A stretch of DNA of 63,055 bases, taken from an uncultured Gammaproteobacteria bacterium (GTDB taxonomy: Bacteria; Patescibacteriota; Patescibacteriia; HK-STAS-PATE-3). Below are positions 1-13,609 of this stretch, piece by piece. The notes beneath the pieces are model-generated. The model ran no database searches. It was not told the DNA's origin and was given only the letters and a program-made list of their open reading frames with translations. Each line of letters opens with the position of its first letter. Position 1 is the first letter of the stretch. The position numbers and the translations under genes were made by a program. The stretch spans positions 1 to 63,055 of the forward strand of contig CAZWTD010000004.1 of assembly GCA_964637345.1 (NCBI GenBank), read 5' to 3'.

Positions 1-149
1 AAAACAGCTTTCGAGCTTAATGGACTTATTGTTTTTTGTCAATAGTATCGAAGAAAGGCTCTTGCCACGCATCCCCCGCCTCTGCTAAGGTCTGGCTTGC
101 CTTTGTGAAAGGACAGTCAGTACATTCCACAACTCGGAGGGAAAGGACG

Positions 150-725
150 ATGCTGATCACGAACATTGGATTCTTCGGGAACCCGACGCAAGATGATTTA
201 GCGGTTCTGGCCAGTTTCGAAGACCTTGGGCAGGGTCTCGGCCGGAGCGAAGTGAACGTGGTGACGAACGGAACGACCGGATCCTGCCTGGCGCTCGCCA
301 AGGGCGCGCGTTCGGAACAGAGTCACGTCATCGGCTACACCTGTGGGAAGGAACCGGAACTGAGCGCGTACTTCTCGCACACGCGCCGGGTGGCGGACTT
401 GATCCCGGCCCCGCCGATGCCGATCGAAACCGAGCTGATGCACTGGCTGGGCCTGCTCTTGGCCCAAGATGCCCTGATCTTCGACGGAACGGCAGGAATC
501 GAGGCCTACCTCGGCTTCCTGGCCGCAGTCACCCTCGGTGCCTACGGACACCCGAAGCGGATGGCCATTCTGGTTCCAGGCGCCGCTATGACTGGACTCA
601 TCGACCGGTCCGATATGCTGGCGAACCGTGTTCATCAGCAGACTTGGGAAGGGGTCGATTTCCGAATCAGGACCAACCCGAACGAGATCCTGGACTACCT
701 TCTCGGAGAGCCAGTGACAACATGA
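150..725 (+). CDS. Degenerate SLOG/LOG-family Rossmann-like protein
   Basis: ORF 36-725, likely ATG at 150 after GGAGGGAAAGGA. The pattern IGFFG..LGQGL..VVTNG..LAKGA..VIGY resembles the LOG family, but the PGGxGT motif reads DGTAGI. Confidence 0.5.
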   Translation: MLITNIGFFGNPTQDDLAVLASFEDLGQGLGRSEVNVVTNGTTGSCLALAKGARSEQSHVIGYTCGKEPELSAYFSHTRRVADLIPAPPMPIETELMHWLGLLLAQDALIFDGTAGIEAYLGFLAAVTLGAYGHPKRMAILVPGAAMTGLIDRSDMLANRVHQQTWEGVDFRIRTNPNEILDYLLGEPVTT

Positions 726-734
726 ACGCACATC

Positions 735-768
735 GGGACGACTCCCTTCAGAGTCGTCCCATTTCATT
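735..768 (+). terminator. Intrinsic terminator-like hairpin
   Basis: Perfect 10-bp stem GGGACGACTC/GAGTCGTCCC followed by a T-rich tract, just after the stop at 725. Confidence 0.7.
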
Positions 769-866
769 TCTCATTTCACTTATCAGAGAATCTTGACAAA
801 TCTCGTATTTGTGCTACAACCTGAAAGCATTTTGTAGATTCTCAAGCGACCGAAACGGGAGGGTTC

Positions 867-1490
867 ATGTCGCATCGCTCATTACTCGCTTTCGCGCTCG
901 TCCTGACCCTGACTTCGCCGGCACTCGCCGAGAGCTTCCTCGCTCCGACGCTGGCCGATCAGAGCCTGGCCAAGAACCATCTGTCCGGAACCGTCATTTC
1001 GTACTCGTACGGACGGGACTCGCGAACGGCGCAAATCACAAAGCCGAGTCCGGGCGGGCGAGCTGCCGGCGGAGCGGCGATCGGCTGGTGGGCGCTCGGT
1101 CCCCTCGGTGCAGTTGCCGGCGCGGCGATCGGCGCGCGCTCAGCCAAGCCGGATACGCTGTTCGACGCAACGCCGGAGTTCCTCTCAATCAGCGTCCAGG
1201 CAAAGGGAGATACAATCACCCTTGCAATCTACGATTGCTCGGATCCGAAGAGCGGACGGGTCTTCCTGGCCGACCTCGAGGATTACGGCGAGGGGCTGGA
1301 GCGTTACGCGCGACCACGCGCGATCTCACTTGCAGTCATCGCTCAACATCTCGCCGCGAAGCCGCACGCCCGGATCGATGTCCCGATTCCCAGTTCGGCC
1401 GTCCGGCCGGTCATGAGCCTCACCTCTCGCTGCCTCTTTCTCGACGGTGAAGCGATCCCTAACCTGTCCCCGCTCCCCCAGCGCCGCTAG
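867..1490 (+). CDS. Secreted hypothetical protein with glycine-zipper segment
   Basis: SD GGAGG before the ATG, signal peptide ending PALA-ES, and GGAAIGWWALGPLGAVAGAAIGA. Confidence 0.65.
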   Translation: MSHRSLLAFALVLTLTSPALAESFLAPTLADQSLAKNHLSGTVISYSYGRDSRTAQITKPSPGGRAAGGAAIGWWALGPLGAVAGAAIGARSAKPDTLFDATPEFLSISVQAKGDTITLAIYDCSDPKSGRVFLADLEDYGEGLERYARPRAISLAVIAQHLAAKPHARIDVPIPSSAVRPVMSLTSRCLFLDGEAIPNLSPLPQRR

Positions 1491-1500
1491 TCCCTTCCCG

Positions 1501-1534
1501 AAGTCCCTGTACGCGCAGGGACTTCTTCTTTTTT
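1501..1534 (+). terminator. Intrinsic terminator
   Basis: AAGTCCCTG/CAGGGACTT stem followed by CTTCTTTTTT. Confidence 0.75.
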
Positions 1535-1585
1535 CTTCCATACCAAAAAGCTTTGAGGGTTCACGCTCAAGAAGTCCTTCGTACT

Positions 1586-3001
1586 TTATTCAAGAGAGAA
1601 GCTCGGGTTCTCGGCTTTTTGCCAGTCAGCTTCCTCGCTAACCCCGGCGTCCACTCGATTCGCGCCGAATGAGTAGACGCTCCCCTGCTCCGCGTCGTAC
1701 TGCATCGGCGTTCCAGTGTAGGGATCAAGCGGAACCTCGGGAAGATAACTTGGCACAAGATCAATCAACCGAGCTGGGATCGACCCGTGATCCTGGGCGT
1801 ACGCTCGGGCGGCAACGACCAGTTCCGTCGCGGACACGGCGAGCGATTCATCGCAGCGCTTCTTCGACAGACCGCCGTAGGAAATCTGACCGATGTTCAC
1901 GACGATATTCCCAACGGCGTTGCGCTGAAAAAACCCGCGCGGACCGGCATACTCCGGAAGGCGCCGCGTTTCCGGATTGAAGTCAACGAGATCGCAAGAA
2001 GTATTCGCGTTCGCAATCCTCACTCCAGCATCTTCAAGTAAAAATCGCTTTGTTCGGTTCGGCTGATAATAATATGTCGTCATCCCGGAAAACGCGATCG
2101 GCGCCCACGTCGCCTGGGTCAGCCAGCCGCTCAAGCCCTCGCGAGTCGTAACCGGAGGAATCTGCGCATTGACCCAATCGAAAAACCCAGGGCGGATCCG
2201 CGTCCCGTTGCTATCGTACGAAAGCGAGAACGAATCAACAAGTTCGCGATAGGTGTTCGGGAAAAACCGTAGACTCAAAGACGCCTCGGCTGTCAGGGCC
2301 GCAACTTCAGCCTCGCGAGAATCGCGAAAGGTTTCGAGTTCATTCACTAAGGCGAGAGATCGCTCCGCGCTCAGATCCGCGGCCTCGGCAATCCGGCGAA
2401 GCGCGGTTAGGCCGGTCTGCTTGATCGCACTTCCGACGAGATAATCAATGAGCACGCCACGCCCGTTCTGCATTGCCTGTCCTACACGGACAATCTCAAG
2501 CGACTCAACAATAGCTCCCTCACTATCGCCGGCTCGCGCCCGGCTCCGCGCGTCGAGGGCCGTGACCTCTGCGGCTTTGCGAATCGGCGAAAGATCCGGG
2601 TACTCAATCGAGGCCAGCGTCAATGATGAGAAATCGGCGTATCCGGGATAGAGATAGGCTGGCGCTTGAGCTGCCGCGCGAAAGGCGAAAATATCTTCAG
2701 CATGCTGATCGATTAACTCAGAAGCATATTCCGCATCCCACCCTTCAGCCGCGACAACCGAGGTGAGTGTTTGGTCAGGCTCATTTGAAAAACGATCGCT
2801 TTGTAAAATCGGCTCAAGCTTCCGGTACGCGTTCTCACTATCATCTAAGCGGATTGGGGGAAGGCGAAAGCTCGACACATCCGGTGGAGCCTCGTCGTGA
2901 ACAAAAACATTTGCCCCAATCACAAAGAACGCAAACAGCGCGATCGGCACAAAGATCACGAGGAGAAGCGCGGGCAAAATCTGCTGTTTTTTCATGTTCA
3001 T
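1586..3001 (-). CDS. Membrane-anchored helical protein with pseudopilin (GspG-like) C-terminal motif
   Basis: N-terminal TM helix and C-terminal AARAYAQDHGSIPARLIDLVPSYLPEVPLDPYTG. Start at ATG 3001 or 2995, because the ORF-track extension overlaps the promoter. Confidence 0.6.
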   Translation of the reverse strand: MNMKKQQILPALLLVIFVPIALFAFFVIGANVFVHDEAPPDVSSFRLPPIRLDDSENAYRKLEPILQSDRFSNEPDQTLTSVVAAEGWDAEYASELIDQHAEDIFAFRAAAQAPAYLYPGYADFSSLTLASIEYPDLSPIRKAAEVTALDARSRARAGDSEGAIVESLEIVRVGQAMQNGRGVLIDYLVGSAIKQTGLTALRRIAEAADLSAERSLALVNELETFRDSREAEVAALTAEASLSLRFFPNTYRELVDSFSLSYDSNGTRIRPGFFDWVNAQIPPVTTREGLSGWLTQATWAPIAFSGMTTYYYQPNRTKRFLLEDAGVRIANANTSCDLVDFNPETRRLPEYAGPRGFFQRNAVGNIVVNIGQISYGGLSKKRCDESLAVSATELVVAARAYAQDHGSIPARLIDLVPSYLPEVPLDPYTGTPMQYDAEQGSVYSFGANRVDAGVSEEADWQKAENPSFSLE

Positions 3002-3017
3002 TTTGATTTCTATGCTT

Positions 3018-3046
3018 ATTGTACCATATTTTTTCACTTTAATCAA
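3018..3046 (-). promoter_or_regulatory. Sigma70-type promoter
   Basis: TTGATT-N17-TACAAT with extended TG. Confidence 0.7.
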
Positions 3047-3049
3047 CAC

Positions 3050-3082
3050 AAAGCAGCTCCGTTTAGCTAGAGCTGCTTTTTT
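3050..3082 (-). terminator. Terminator after gyrB
   Basis: 10-bp stem AAAGCAGCTC/GAGCTGCTTT with A/T tracts on both sides. Confidence 0.75.
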
Positions 3083-3091
3083 GAAAACGCT

Positions 3092-7439
<4,348 letters not shown>

Positions 7440-7441
7440 AG

Positions 7442-8470
7442 CTAGTAGTTCGTTCGAAACCGCAAATCACCGGACAAGGTCAAGCGTATGTCCGGAATAC
7501 CGTAGAGGAGCATCATCAGGCGCTCAATCCCGAATCCAAAGGCAAAGCCGCGGACACGCTTCGGATCCAAGCCCATATTCTTCAAAACAACGGGATGTAC
7601 CATTCCCTGTCCCCCAAGTTCAAGCCAGCCGCTCCGGCCGCAGGTTGAGCAACCTGAACCGTTGCAAATCGTACAACGCATAATAATTTCCGCTCCCGGC
7701 TCAACGAAAGGGAAAAAACTCGGCCGATGGCGCGTTACAACCTCGCGTTCAAACAAGGCTGAAAGAAAATCGTTCACCGTTCCGAAGAGGTCAGTCAAGC
7801 GAATCCCTTCGTCAATAACGAGCCCTTCGCACTGCGTCAAGGTTGATTCATGAGAGGCGTCTGTTGCCTCGTGGCGGTAGACGCGGCCGGGCGCGATAAG
7901 TCGAACCGGCGGTTTCCGTGTTTCCATCGCGCGAAGCTGAACTGGGGACGTATGCGTCCGAAGAACAAGATTCGAGGCGTTGGCAAGATAAAAGGTATCC
8001 CAAAGATCTCGAGCCGGGTGGTCGTCCGGAATATTCAGCAGGTCGAAGTTATACTTCGTTGTTTCCACCTCCGGTCCAGCGAGCACCGCAAAGCCCATCG
8101 AGCGGAAGATCTCCACAATGCGACGCGTTACGATCGTCAGCGGATGAAGACGGCCGGGATAGGCAGGAGCGCCGGGAAGAGACTGCTCGAAGGCCGTCTG
8201 TTTCTCCGCGTTTCGGCCTGAAGATGCCCGGCGCTCAAGATCAATCAAGCGGGCCTTCATGGCATTTGCCGTTTGACCAACGCTTCCCCGCTCGGTTGGA
8301 GGGAGGGTCCCGAGTTGCGCCATCACCTGGGCGAGCCGGCCCTTTCGGCCGAGGTAGTTGACGCGCCAGGCTTCGAGGTCAGCAGGATTTCGAACAAGGC
8401 CAATCTCCCGCTGCGCAGCCGCCTCAAGGTCACGAAGTTCGGAATGGAGCTTAGAAGGGTCGCTGTTCAC
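7442..8470 (-). CDS. pheS: Phenylalanine--tRNA ligase alpha subunit
   Basis: GRLHP, NFDLLNIPDDHPARD, LRTHTSPVQ, FPFVEPGAE, FAFGFGIERL. Probable GTG start at 8470; start position uncertain. Confidence 0.95.
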   Translation of the reverse strand: MNSDPSKLHSELRDLEAAAQREIGLVRNPADLEAWRVNYLGRKGRLAQVMAQLGTLPPTERGSVGQTANAMKARLIDLERRASSGRNAEKQTAFEQSLPGAPAYPGRLHPLTIVTRRIVEIFRSMGFAVLAGPEVETTKYNFDLLNIPDDHPARDLWDTFYLANASNLVLRTHTSPVQLRAMETRKPPVRLIAPGRVYRHEATDASHESTLTQCEGLVIDEGIRLTDLFGTVNDFLSALFEREVVTRHRPSFFPFVEPGAEIIMRCTICNGSGCSTCGRSGWLELGGQGMVHPVVLKNMGLDPKRVRGFAFGFGIERLMMLLYGIPDIRLTLSGDLRFRTNY

Positions 8471-8834
8471 GGGCAAGGAAGAAAAATTCAATACAGGCGA
8501 GGAGGAGGAGATACACGATAAGGTTCCACCAGCGGAGGAAGTCGGCCGTTTCGAGGAGGAGACTCCCGACGAGAAGAAGACTAAAGAAGAATCCTTGACG
8601 GAAGGAGGTGCCAATCTGCCGGAACAGAACAACGCGTCGAGCAAAAATCCGTCGTAATCCCAATCCGACAAGCGAGAAGCTTCCCGTCAGCGCACAGAGC
8701 AGCGTAATAAAAAATGCAGCATGGCCGACCGGCCCGGATACTCCAGGGTCAACCGTAAGGAGCAGAAGGCTCCAAACTGCCCAGGACAGCAGGGTGGCCA
8801 CGCCCATCAGAATAACGTAGCGTCGAACAGTCAC
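8451..8834 (-). CDS. Conserved-type multi-TM small membrane protein
   Basis: About four hydrophobic helices. GTG start at 8834 lies downstream of the promoter. Confidence 0.75.
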   Translation of the reverse strand: MTVRRYVILMGVATLLSWAVWSLLLLTVDPGVSGPVGHAAFFITLLCALTGSFSLVGLGLRRIFARRVVLFRQIGTSFRQGFFFSLLLVGSLLLETADFLRWWNLIVYLLLLACIEFFFLAREQRPF

Positions 8835-8875
8835 TGAGGATGGATGAGAGTCAAAGAGACAAAAAACCCGCTCTG

Positions 8876-8904
8876 ATCGTACCAGAAATACCCCTTCTTC
8901 GCAA
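8876..8904 (-). promoter_or_regulatory. Sigma70 promoter for the membrane protein-pheS-pheT-gyrB operon
   Basis: TTGCGA-N17-TACGAT with extended TG. Confidence 0.7.
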
Positions 8905-8941
8905 GGGATTTTTCCCAAGAATACCGCCTCCGAGTATGAGC

Positions 8942-9016
8942 CTACGACTTCCCTGAACGAAAAGGGCAAATCCGATTAAACTCGCACTCAGCGCAGAGGA
9001 AGGGGTCTGGGGTGGC
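8942..9016 (-). pseudogene. Orphan duplicate of the helicase 3' end (ATPDPFLCAECEFNRICPFRSGKS*)
   Basis: 8958-9013 matches 10395-10450 at 52/56 nt, with a 32-nt perfect core. The differences are synonymous. Confidence 0.9.
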
Positions 9017-9060
9017 GGAGATTCTGTCCTGCGGATTGCTTAAATAATATCAAGGTATAT

Positions 9061-9088
9061 TTGACAATTATATTATTTATGTTATTTT
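9061..9088 (+). promoter_or_regulatory. Sigma70 promoter of the islet gene
   Basis: TTGACA-N16-TATTTT with extended TG in an AT-rich tract. Confidence 0.55.
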
Positions 9089-9130
9089 GACGAGTCCAAA
9101 AATAAAAACTAATAACCATGGAGGTGCCCT

Positions 9131-10255
9131 TTGAAAAAGTATGAGATCTTGCGTGCGATGGGTTGGACTCCGGTCCAAATCGCTGCTTTGCTGGATAGGG
9201 GAATTCCCCAACATGCAAAGGACCAATGCTTCCTCCACCGCTTCTGTCCCGAGCTTCGACCGGAGATTGAAGGGCGGTTAAAGGCGGGTCACTCGACGAT
9301 CAGAGAGTGGGAAAAACTGGCATCCTTAGATCCAGTTCTTCCATTCACTAAGGTTCACGATTTTGTTCTTGATCAGATTCTACCCCTCTTAGGAACTACG
9401 GTCGCCATTATTGATTCAATGTGCCAACTTGAGATGCGAGCAGATTCCATTAATCATCACCCTTGGACCCAGACAGCGTATGCAAGGGCGTTGTCCTTTG
9501 CAGCCAGCCTGGAGGACTGGATTTATCTCTGGCACTTCAGTCACGAAAAAGAAGTATCGAGACGGGCTGAGGCAAAAATCAGAGAGATGTGCTCCACGAA
9601 AGAAGACTGGGTGCACTTTCTTGAGAAGGCGGATGAGCTCGAAGCCTTTGAACGGGAGCTCTACGAATTTGCTGAACGGTTAGTCGGCAGAGAAATGGAA
9701 GATTCTGATCCTGGACTCAGCCTAAACACACACGCAGCCAGATCCACTTCTGATCCGGCGCTTGACTACCTTCGAACAGTTACGGCCTCTCTTCATGGAG
9801 AAATCACCGGAGACCCACAACAACTCTTCCAAGAACTCTTGCGACAGGTGCAGATTCTTCAGAGTGACGACAGCTGCGGTCCAGAACGAGCCTCGGCTAC
9901 CGGCTGGATCATGGATTGTCCGCTTCCCTTTTCTGCCTTCCTAACGGTAGCTAGACAACTCCCAATCGCTACCAAGCCAGAGGAGAAGATCTGGCAGTAT
10001 GTTAGCCGTGACGCTGAGTGTGGGGCGAATGACGCTGTTGTGAAGCGATTGATCGAAACGGCTCAAACACTGAGGGAATGTCACGCGGCGATCAAATACG
10101 CCCCAGACAGTGCTCGGCTAGCTCGCAAGTTCACCGCACTGGCCACATCGATTGAAGACTGGCTCTTTATCTGGAAGTTGGGACTTCAGACGCACAACGC
10201 TGAGCTACAAGACCTCGCATTTGTGAACGCTCTCCAGTATGCCACGGAGAGTTAA
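9131..10255 (+). CDS. Hypothetical alpha-helical repeat protein (islet cargo)
   Basis: GGAGGTG SD before a TTG start, with recurring A-x-[ST]-x-x-[DE]-W units. Confidence 0.7.
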   Translation: MKKYEILRAMGWTPVQIAALLDRGIPQHAKDQCFLHRFCPELRPEIEGRLKAGHSTIREWEKLASLDPVLPFTKVHDFVLDQILPLLGTTVAIIDSMCQLEMRADSINHHPWTQTAYARALSFAASLEDWIYLWHFSHEKEVSRRAEAKIREMCSTKEDWVHFLEKADELEAFERELYEFAERLVGREMEDSDPGLSLNTHAARSTSDPALDYLRTVTASLHGEITGDPQQLFQELLRQVQILQSDDSCGPERASATGWIMDCPLPFSAFLTVARQLPIATKPEEKIWQYVSRDAECGANDAVVKRLIETAQTLRECHAAIKYAPDSARLARKFTALATSIEDWLFIWKLGLQTHNAELQDLAFVNALQYATES

Positions 10256-10279
10256 TTCACAAGCATCAACGGCCTTTTC

Positions 10280-10314
10280 AGCAGCGACTAGCGAGGAACT
10301 AGTCGCTGCTTTTT
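10280..10314 (+). terminator. Intrinsic terminator
   Basis: Perfect 12-bp stem AGCAGCGACTAG/CTAGTCGCTGCT followed by TTTT. Confidence 0.85.
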
Positions 10315-10378
10315 CATATGCTTTCCCTTGCATCAGTCGCCTATTTGTGAGTATCTTTGTACTTTCCTTCTAAAATCT

Positions 10379-13300
10379 CTATCCTCTTCCCGCCCGAAAG
10401 GGGCAAATTCGATTGAATTCGCACTCAGCGCAGAGGAAGGGGTCTGGGGTTGCAACAAAATCTAGAGATTCTATTGCTTGTATTGCGTTGAGCGCCCAGT
10501 CTTTCGCTTTGTCGAGCTCGGCCGGCTTCGGTTCTTTCGTAACTTTTTTGTTTTCATCAATATAGAAAAGGCTCAGTTGGCGAACCGGCCGACCGAGTAA
10601 CTCTGGATCGCTGACTGCGAGCGCGTAGAGGAGAAGTTGATACCAGCGATCAGCCGACGGCTTCTCCTTAGCCGGTCCGGTTTTATAATCAATAATCTCA
10701 ACGCCCTCCGAATCCCCGGGAATCGGATCAACGCGGTCAATCTTCCCGCCGAGAATCCTCCCGTCAAACTTAAGCGTGAAGGATTGCTCAAGAAGAAGAG
10801 GAACAGGAAAGGCGCCTTCTTGTGCCTTGTAAAAACGCTCAAGAACTGCCCATCCCTCCTTTTTTCGTTGCTCCATCTCGCGCTCTGAAGCGTACCATTC
10901 ACGAATCCAGGCTGACGCATACAAGGTCTTGAGTTCCTCAAGCGAAACGAGAGGCTTCGTACCCGACGAAGTTTGGGCGCCGAACAAGCTTCCCTGCTGC
11001 TGAACGCTTCGCTGTCGAACGAGCTGAAAAAAATGATAGAGCGTAGCGTGGATCGACGATCCATAGGACAGTCGCGCGTTACCGGACACCGGAACGTCAA
11101 GGACATAACGATAGCGATATTTCCATGGACAAAGCTCGTAGGCGCTTAAGCGCGAATAGTCGTAACGTTCGTTTGTCCGGACCTTCCGAATAATCGCCTC
11201 GGGCTCTCCGTCCGCGACCCTCTGCGACAAAAGCGGGGCGAGCTTCGGCTGGCGAACTCGCTCTTCAGCAGCAGACTCTTTCGTCACCAACCCAAGCTCT
11301 TCGAGAAACAGAGAAGCTTTTTTCCGACGCGCCCCGCCGTAATCTAAGGCCCGACATAAAATGATATGCTCTTTCGCGCGGGTCAAGGCAACATAAAAAA
11401 GCCGGCGCTCCTCTTCGAGATGAATATCGCCCTCCGGGAGCGGCTCGCGAATCAAGGCATCTGGGACCGGAATTCCCTCGCTCCGGTCGCGGGACGGAAA
11501 ACGCTGTTCAACGAGGTGGACAACGAACACCATGCGAAACTCCAAGCCCTTCGCCGCATGAACCGTCATCACCTTCACGCTATCCGGCCCGTCTTCAGGG
11601 GCGGTTTCGAGCCGACCGAGCTCACCGGCGTCTATCGCAAGATCAATGACCTCAAGGAATGCTCGGACGTTGGGCGCAAGTTTTCCGCGCTCGAATTCAA
11701 CGACCTCGTTTAAGAGCTGATTCGCGTAGCCAATTTCGGCCTCGCGCTTCGGATCATCCGGCGCTTCGCTTAGCCACTTCAAATACCCGCTCTCTTCAAG
11801 GAAGCTTACGATAACTTCTCGAGGCGTAGCGCGACGAGCGAGCTCTGCATGTCGGCTGATAAGGCTCAGGAGCCGGTCAGCGTCTGCATGCGCTTCCGGA
11901 CGCCAATCAGCGAGGAGGGCGTGATCGCGCAAGACGGCGAAGGTCGATCGGCTCTGGCGGCGCGCGGTTTCATTCAAAAGAATGACGTCATCAGCCCGAA
12001 ATCGAAACATCGGGAGATTGAGCACCCGCTGAAGCGCGACGCTTTCATGATAATTGTCGAGAAGTCGCACGTAGGCAAAAATGTCGAGCACGATACTCAT
12101 CCGGTAGAGGCCACGCGAAGCGACGTATTGGTACGGAAGACCGTTCCGTTCCAACTCGGACAGAAAGAGCTCAGCGTGGTCATTAGCCCGAACGAGAATT
12201 GCTACGTCGCTCCAGGCTAGCGTCGCGTCGGCATTTTTCGCCTCTAAAATTTTCCCGACGACCGTCCGCGCCTCTTCAGCCTCAGTCTCAGCCACAACAC
12301 ACTGAATGGATCCGGCGTCCGGTCGCGCTGCAGTGAGTCTCTTAGAAACGGTCGTCCCGAGCTGCTTCGGAGCGGCGCTGAGCTGGGCCTCGAGCCGATT
12401 GGGGTTATTCTTTTGAATAAACGCATACGCCGCGTCGAGGATGGACTGGGCCGAACGGTAATTCTCCGTCAAAACGACGTCAGTGCTGTCCGGATAATCG
12501 TGCTTAAAGCCGAGGATATTCGCGACGGACGCGCCGCGGAACTTATAGATCGATTGATCATCATCTCCGACGACGGTGAGGTTTCTCCGCTTTCCGGCCA
12601 AGAGTTTCACTAACTCGTACTGCGCCCAGTTCGTATCTTGAAATTCATCAACGAGGATGGCGCGGAATTGCTCTTGGTAACGAGCGAGGATCGCCGGCCG
12701 CTCCCGAAAGAGGCGCATCGTCTCAACAATCAGATCGCCAAAATCGAGCCCCCAATGCTCGCGGAGCAAGCGCGTGTAGCGGTCGTAGCTTTCCGCGAGT
12801 TCGCGAAGGCGGTCGAGGTCGAGCGTTTCTTCATCCGCCGACACCCCGGGAACTCCGTCACTCGCATCACGATCGAGCTGAAGTTTTTTTACGAAATCGA
12901 GATAGTCGGCCGGCGTCACTCCCTCATCCTTTAATCGTGAAAAATGACTGACGAGGGATTTAAGAAATTTCGTGGGCTTTCCTGATGGGCGGTAATAGGA
13001 CAAGGGAAACTCGTCGAGGTGTTTTCGGAGAAACAGCCATTGCTGCCGTTCATTGAACAGCTCAAAGTCGCCCGGTAGACCGATATCAATCGCGTACTCC
13101 CGAAGAATGCGCTCGCCAAAGCCGTGGAAGGTCGACACCCACAAATCGAGATAGCCGTAGGGAACGCGCCGGTCAATTCGCTCCGCCATCTCGCCCGCCG
13201 CCTTTTCGGTAAAAGTCAAACACAATATTTCGTCCGGCCGGTACTTCTTCTCGGTCATGAGCCAGGCCATGCGCTCAACAATCACGGTGGTTTTGCCGGT

Positions 13301-13426
13301 CCCGGCCCCCGCGACGATTAAGAGGGGCCCGTCGCCATGCCGAACCGCTCGCTCCTGTTCAGCGTTGAGCCGTACTGCATTCAATTGTCCACCGTTGTCC
13401 CCCGCCGGTACATCGCCTTCCTTCAT
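10379..13426 (-). CDS. UvrD/PcrA-family SF1 helicase fused to a C-terminal PD-(D/E)XK nuclease with Fe-S cysteines (AddA/AdnB-like)
   Basis: AGAGTGKT, VDEFQD, GDDDQSIYKFRGA, ENYRS, TVHAAKGLEF, ERRLFYVALTRA. Nuclease part: CPWKY..GKIDRVD..IIDYKTG..CAECEFNRIC. Confidence 0.92.
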   Translation of the reverse strand: MKEGDVPAGDNGGQLNAVRLNAEQERAVRHGDGPLLIVAGAGTGKTTVIVERMAWLMTEKKYRPDEILCLTFTEKAAGEMAERIDRRVPYGYLDLWVSTFHGFGERILREYAIDIGLPGDFELFNERQQWLFLRKHLDEFPLSYYRPSGKPTKFLKSLVSHFSRLKDEGVTPADYLDFVKKLQLDRDASDGVPGVSADEETLDLDRLRELAESYDRYTRLLREHWGLDFGDLIVETMRLFRERPAILARYQEQFRAILVDEFQDTNWAQYELVKLLAGKRRNLTVVGDDDQSIYKFRGASVANILGFKHDYPDSTDVVLTENYRSAQSILDAAYAFIQKNNPNRLEAQLSAAPKQLGTTVSKRLTAARPDAGSIQCVVAETEAEEARTVVGKILEAKNADATLAWSDVAILVRANDHAELFLSELERNGLPYQYVASRGLYRMSIVLDIFAYVRLLDNYHESVALQRVLNLPMFRFRADDVILLNETARRQSRSTFAVLRDHALLADWRPEAHADADRLLSLISRHAELARRATPREVIVSFLEESGYLKWLSEAPDDPKREAEIGYANQLLNEVVEFERGKLAPNVRAFLEVIDLAIDAGELGRLETAPEDGPDSVKVMTVHAAKGLEFRMVFVVHLVEQRFPSRDRSEGIPVPDALIREPLPEGDIHLEEERRLFYVALTRAKEHIILCRALDYGGARRKKASLFLEELGLVTKESAAEERVRQPKLAPLLSQRVADGEPEAIIRKVRTNERYDYSRLSAYELCPWKYRYRYVLDVPVSGNARLSYGSSIHATLYHFFQLVRQRSVQQQGSLFGAQTSSGTKPLVSLEELKTLYASAWIREWYASEREMEQRKKEGWAVLERFYKAQEGAFPVPLLLEQSFTLKFDGRILGGKIDRVDPIPGDSEGVEIIDYKTGPAKEKPSADRWYQLLLYALAVSDPELLGRPVRQLSLFYIDENKKVTKEPKPAELDKAKDWALNAIQAIESLDFVATPDPFLCAECEFNRICPFRAGRG

Positions 13427-13486
13427 AGTGCTCCCCTATGATACCACAGACAGTGAAGCACATATTTTCCTAGCTTTTACCAGCCA

Positions 13487-13515
13487 TTGCCTTTCTGGGG
13501 CATGCGTGCTATTCT
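13487..13515 (+). promoter_or_regulatory. Sigma70 promoter of the RRM gene
   Basis: TTGCCT-N17-TATTCT with extended TG. Confidence 0.6.
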
Positions 13516-13609
13516 CGCGATGCACGTCTTTTCGGTCCGTCTCGCGATCCGCGTAGAGGGAAAGGTCGCCGAAGAGGTCGGCGATTATTCGTCTAAGTCT
13601 CGCTAGCAA

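Noticed and set aside
8860-8940. Riboswitch or T-box upstream of the pheS operon
   Set aside because: The region is explained by a sigma70 promoter, and no known aptamer consensus was recognised.
8958-10450. Diversity-generating retroelement TR/VR pair
   Set aside because: The mismatches include C/T and G/T changes, are not adenine-specific on either strand, are synonymous, and no reverse transcriptase is present.
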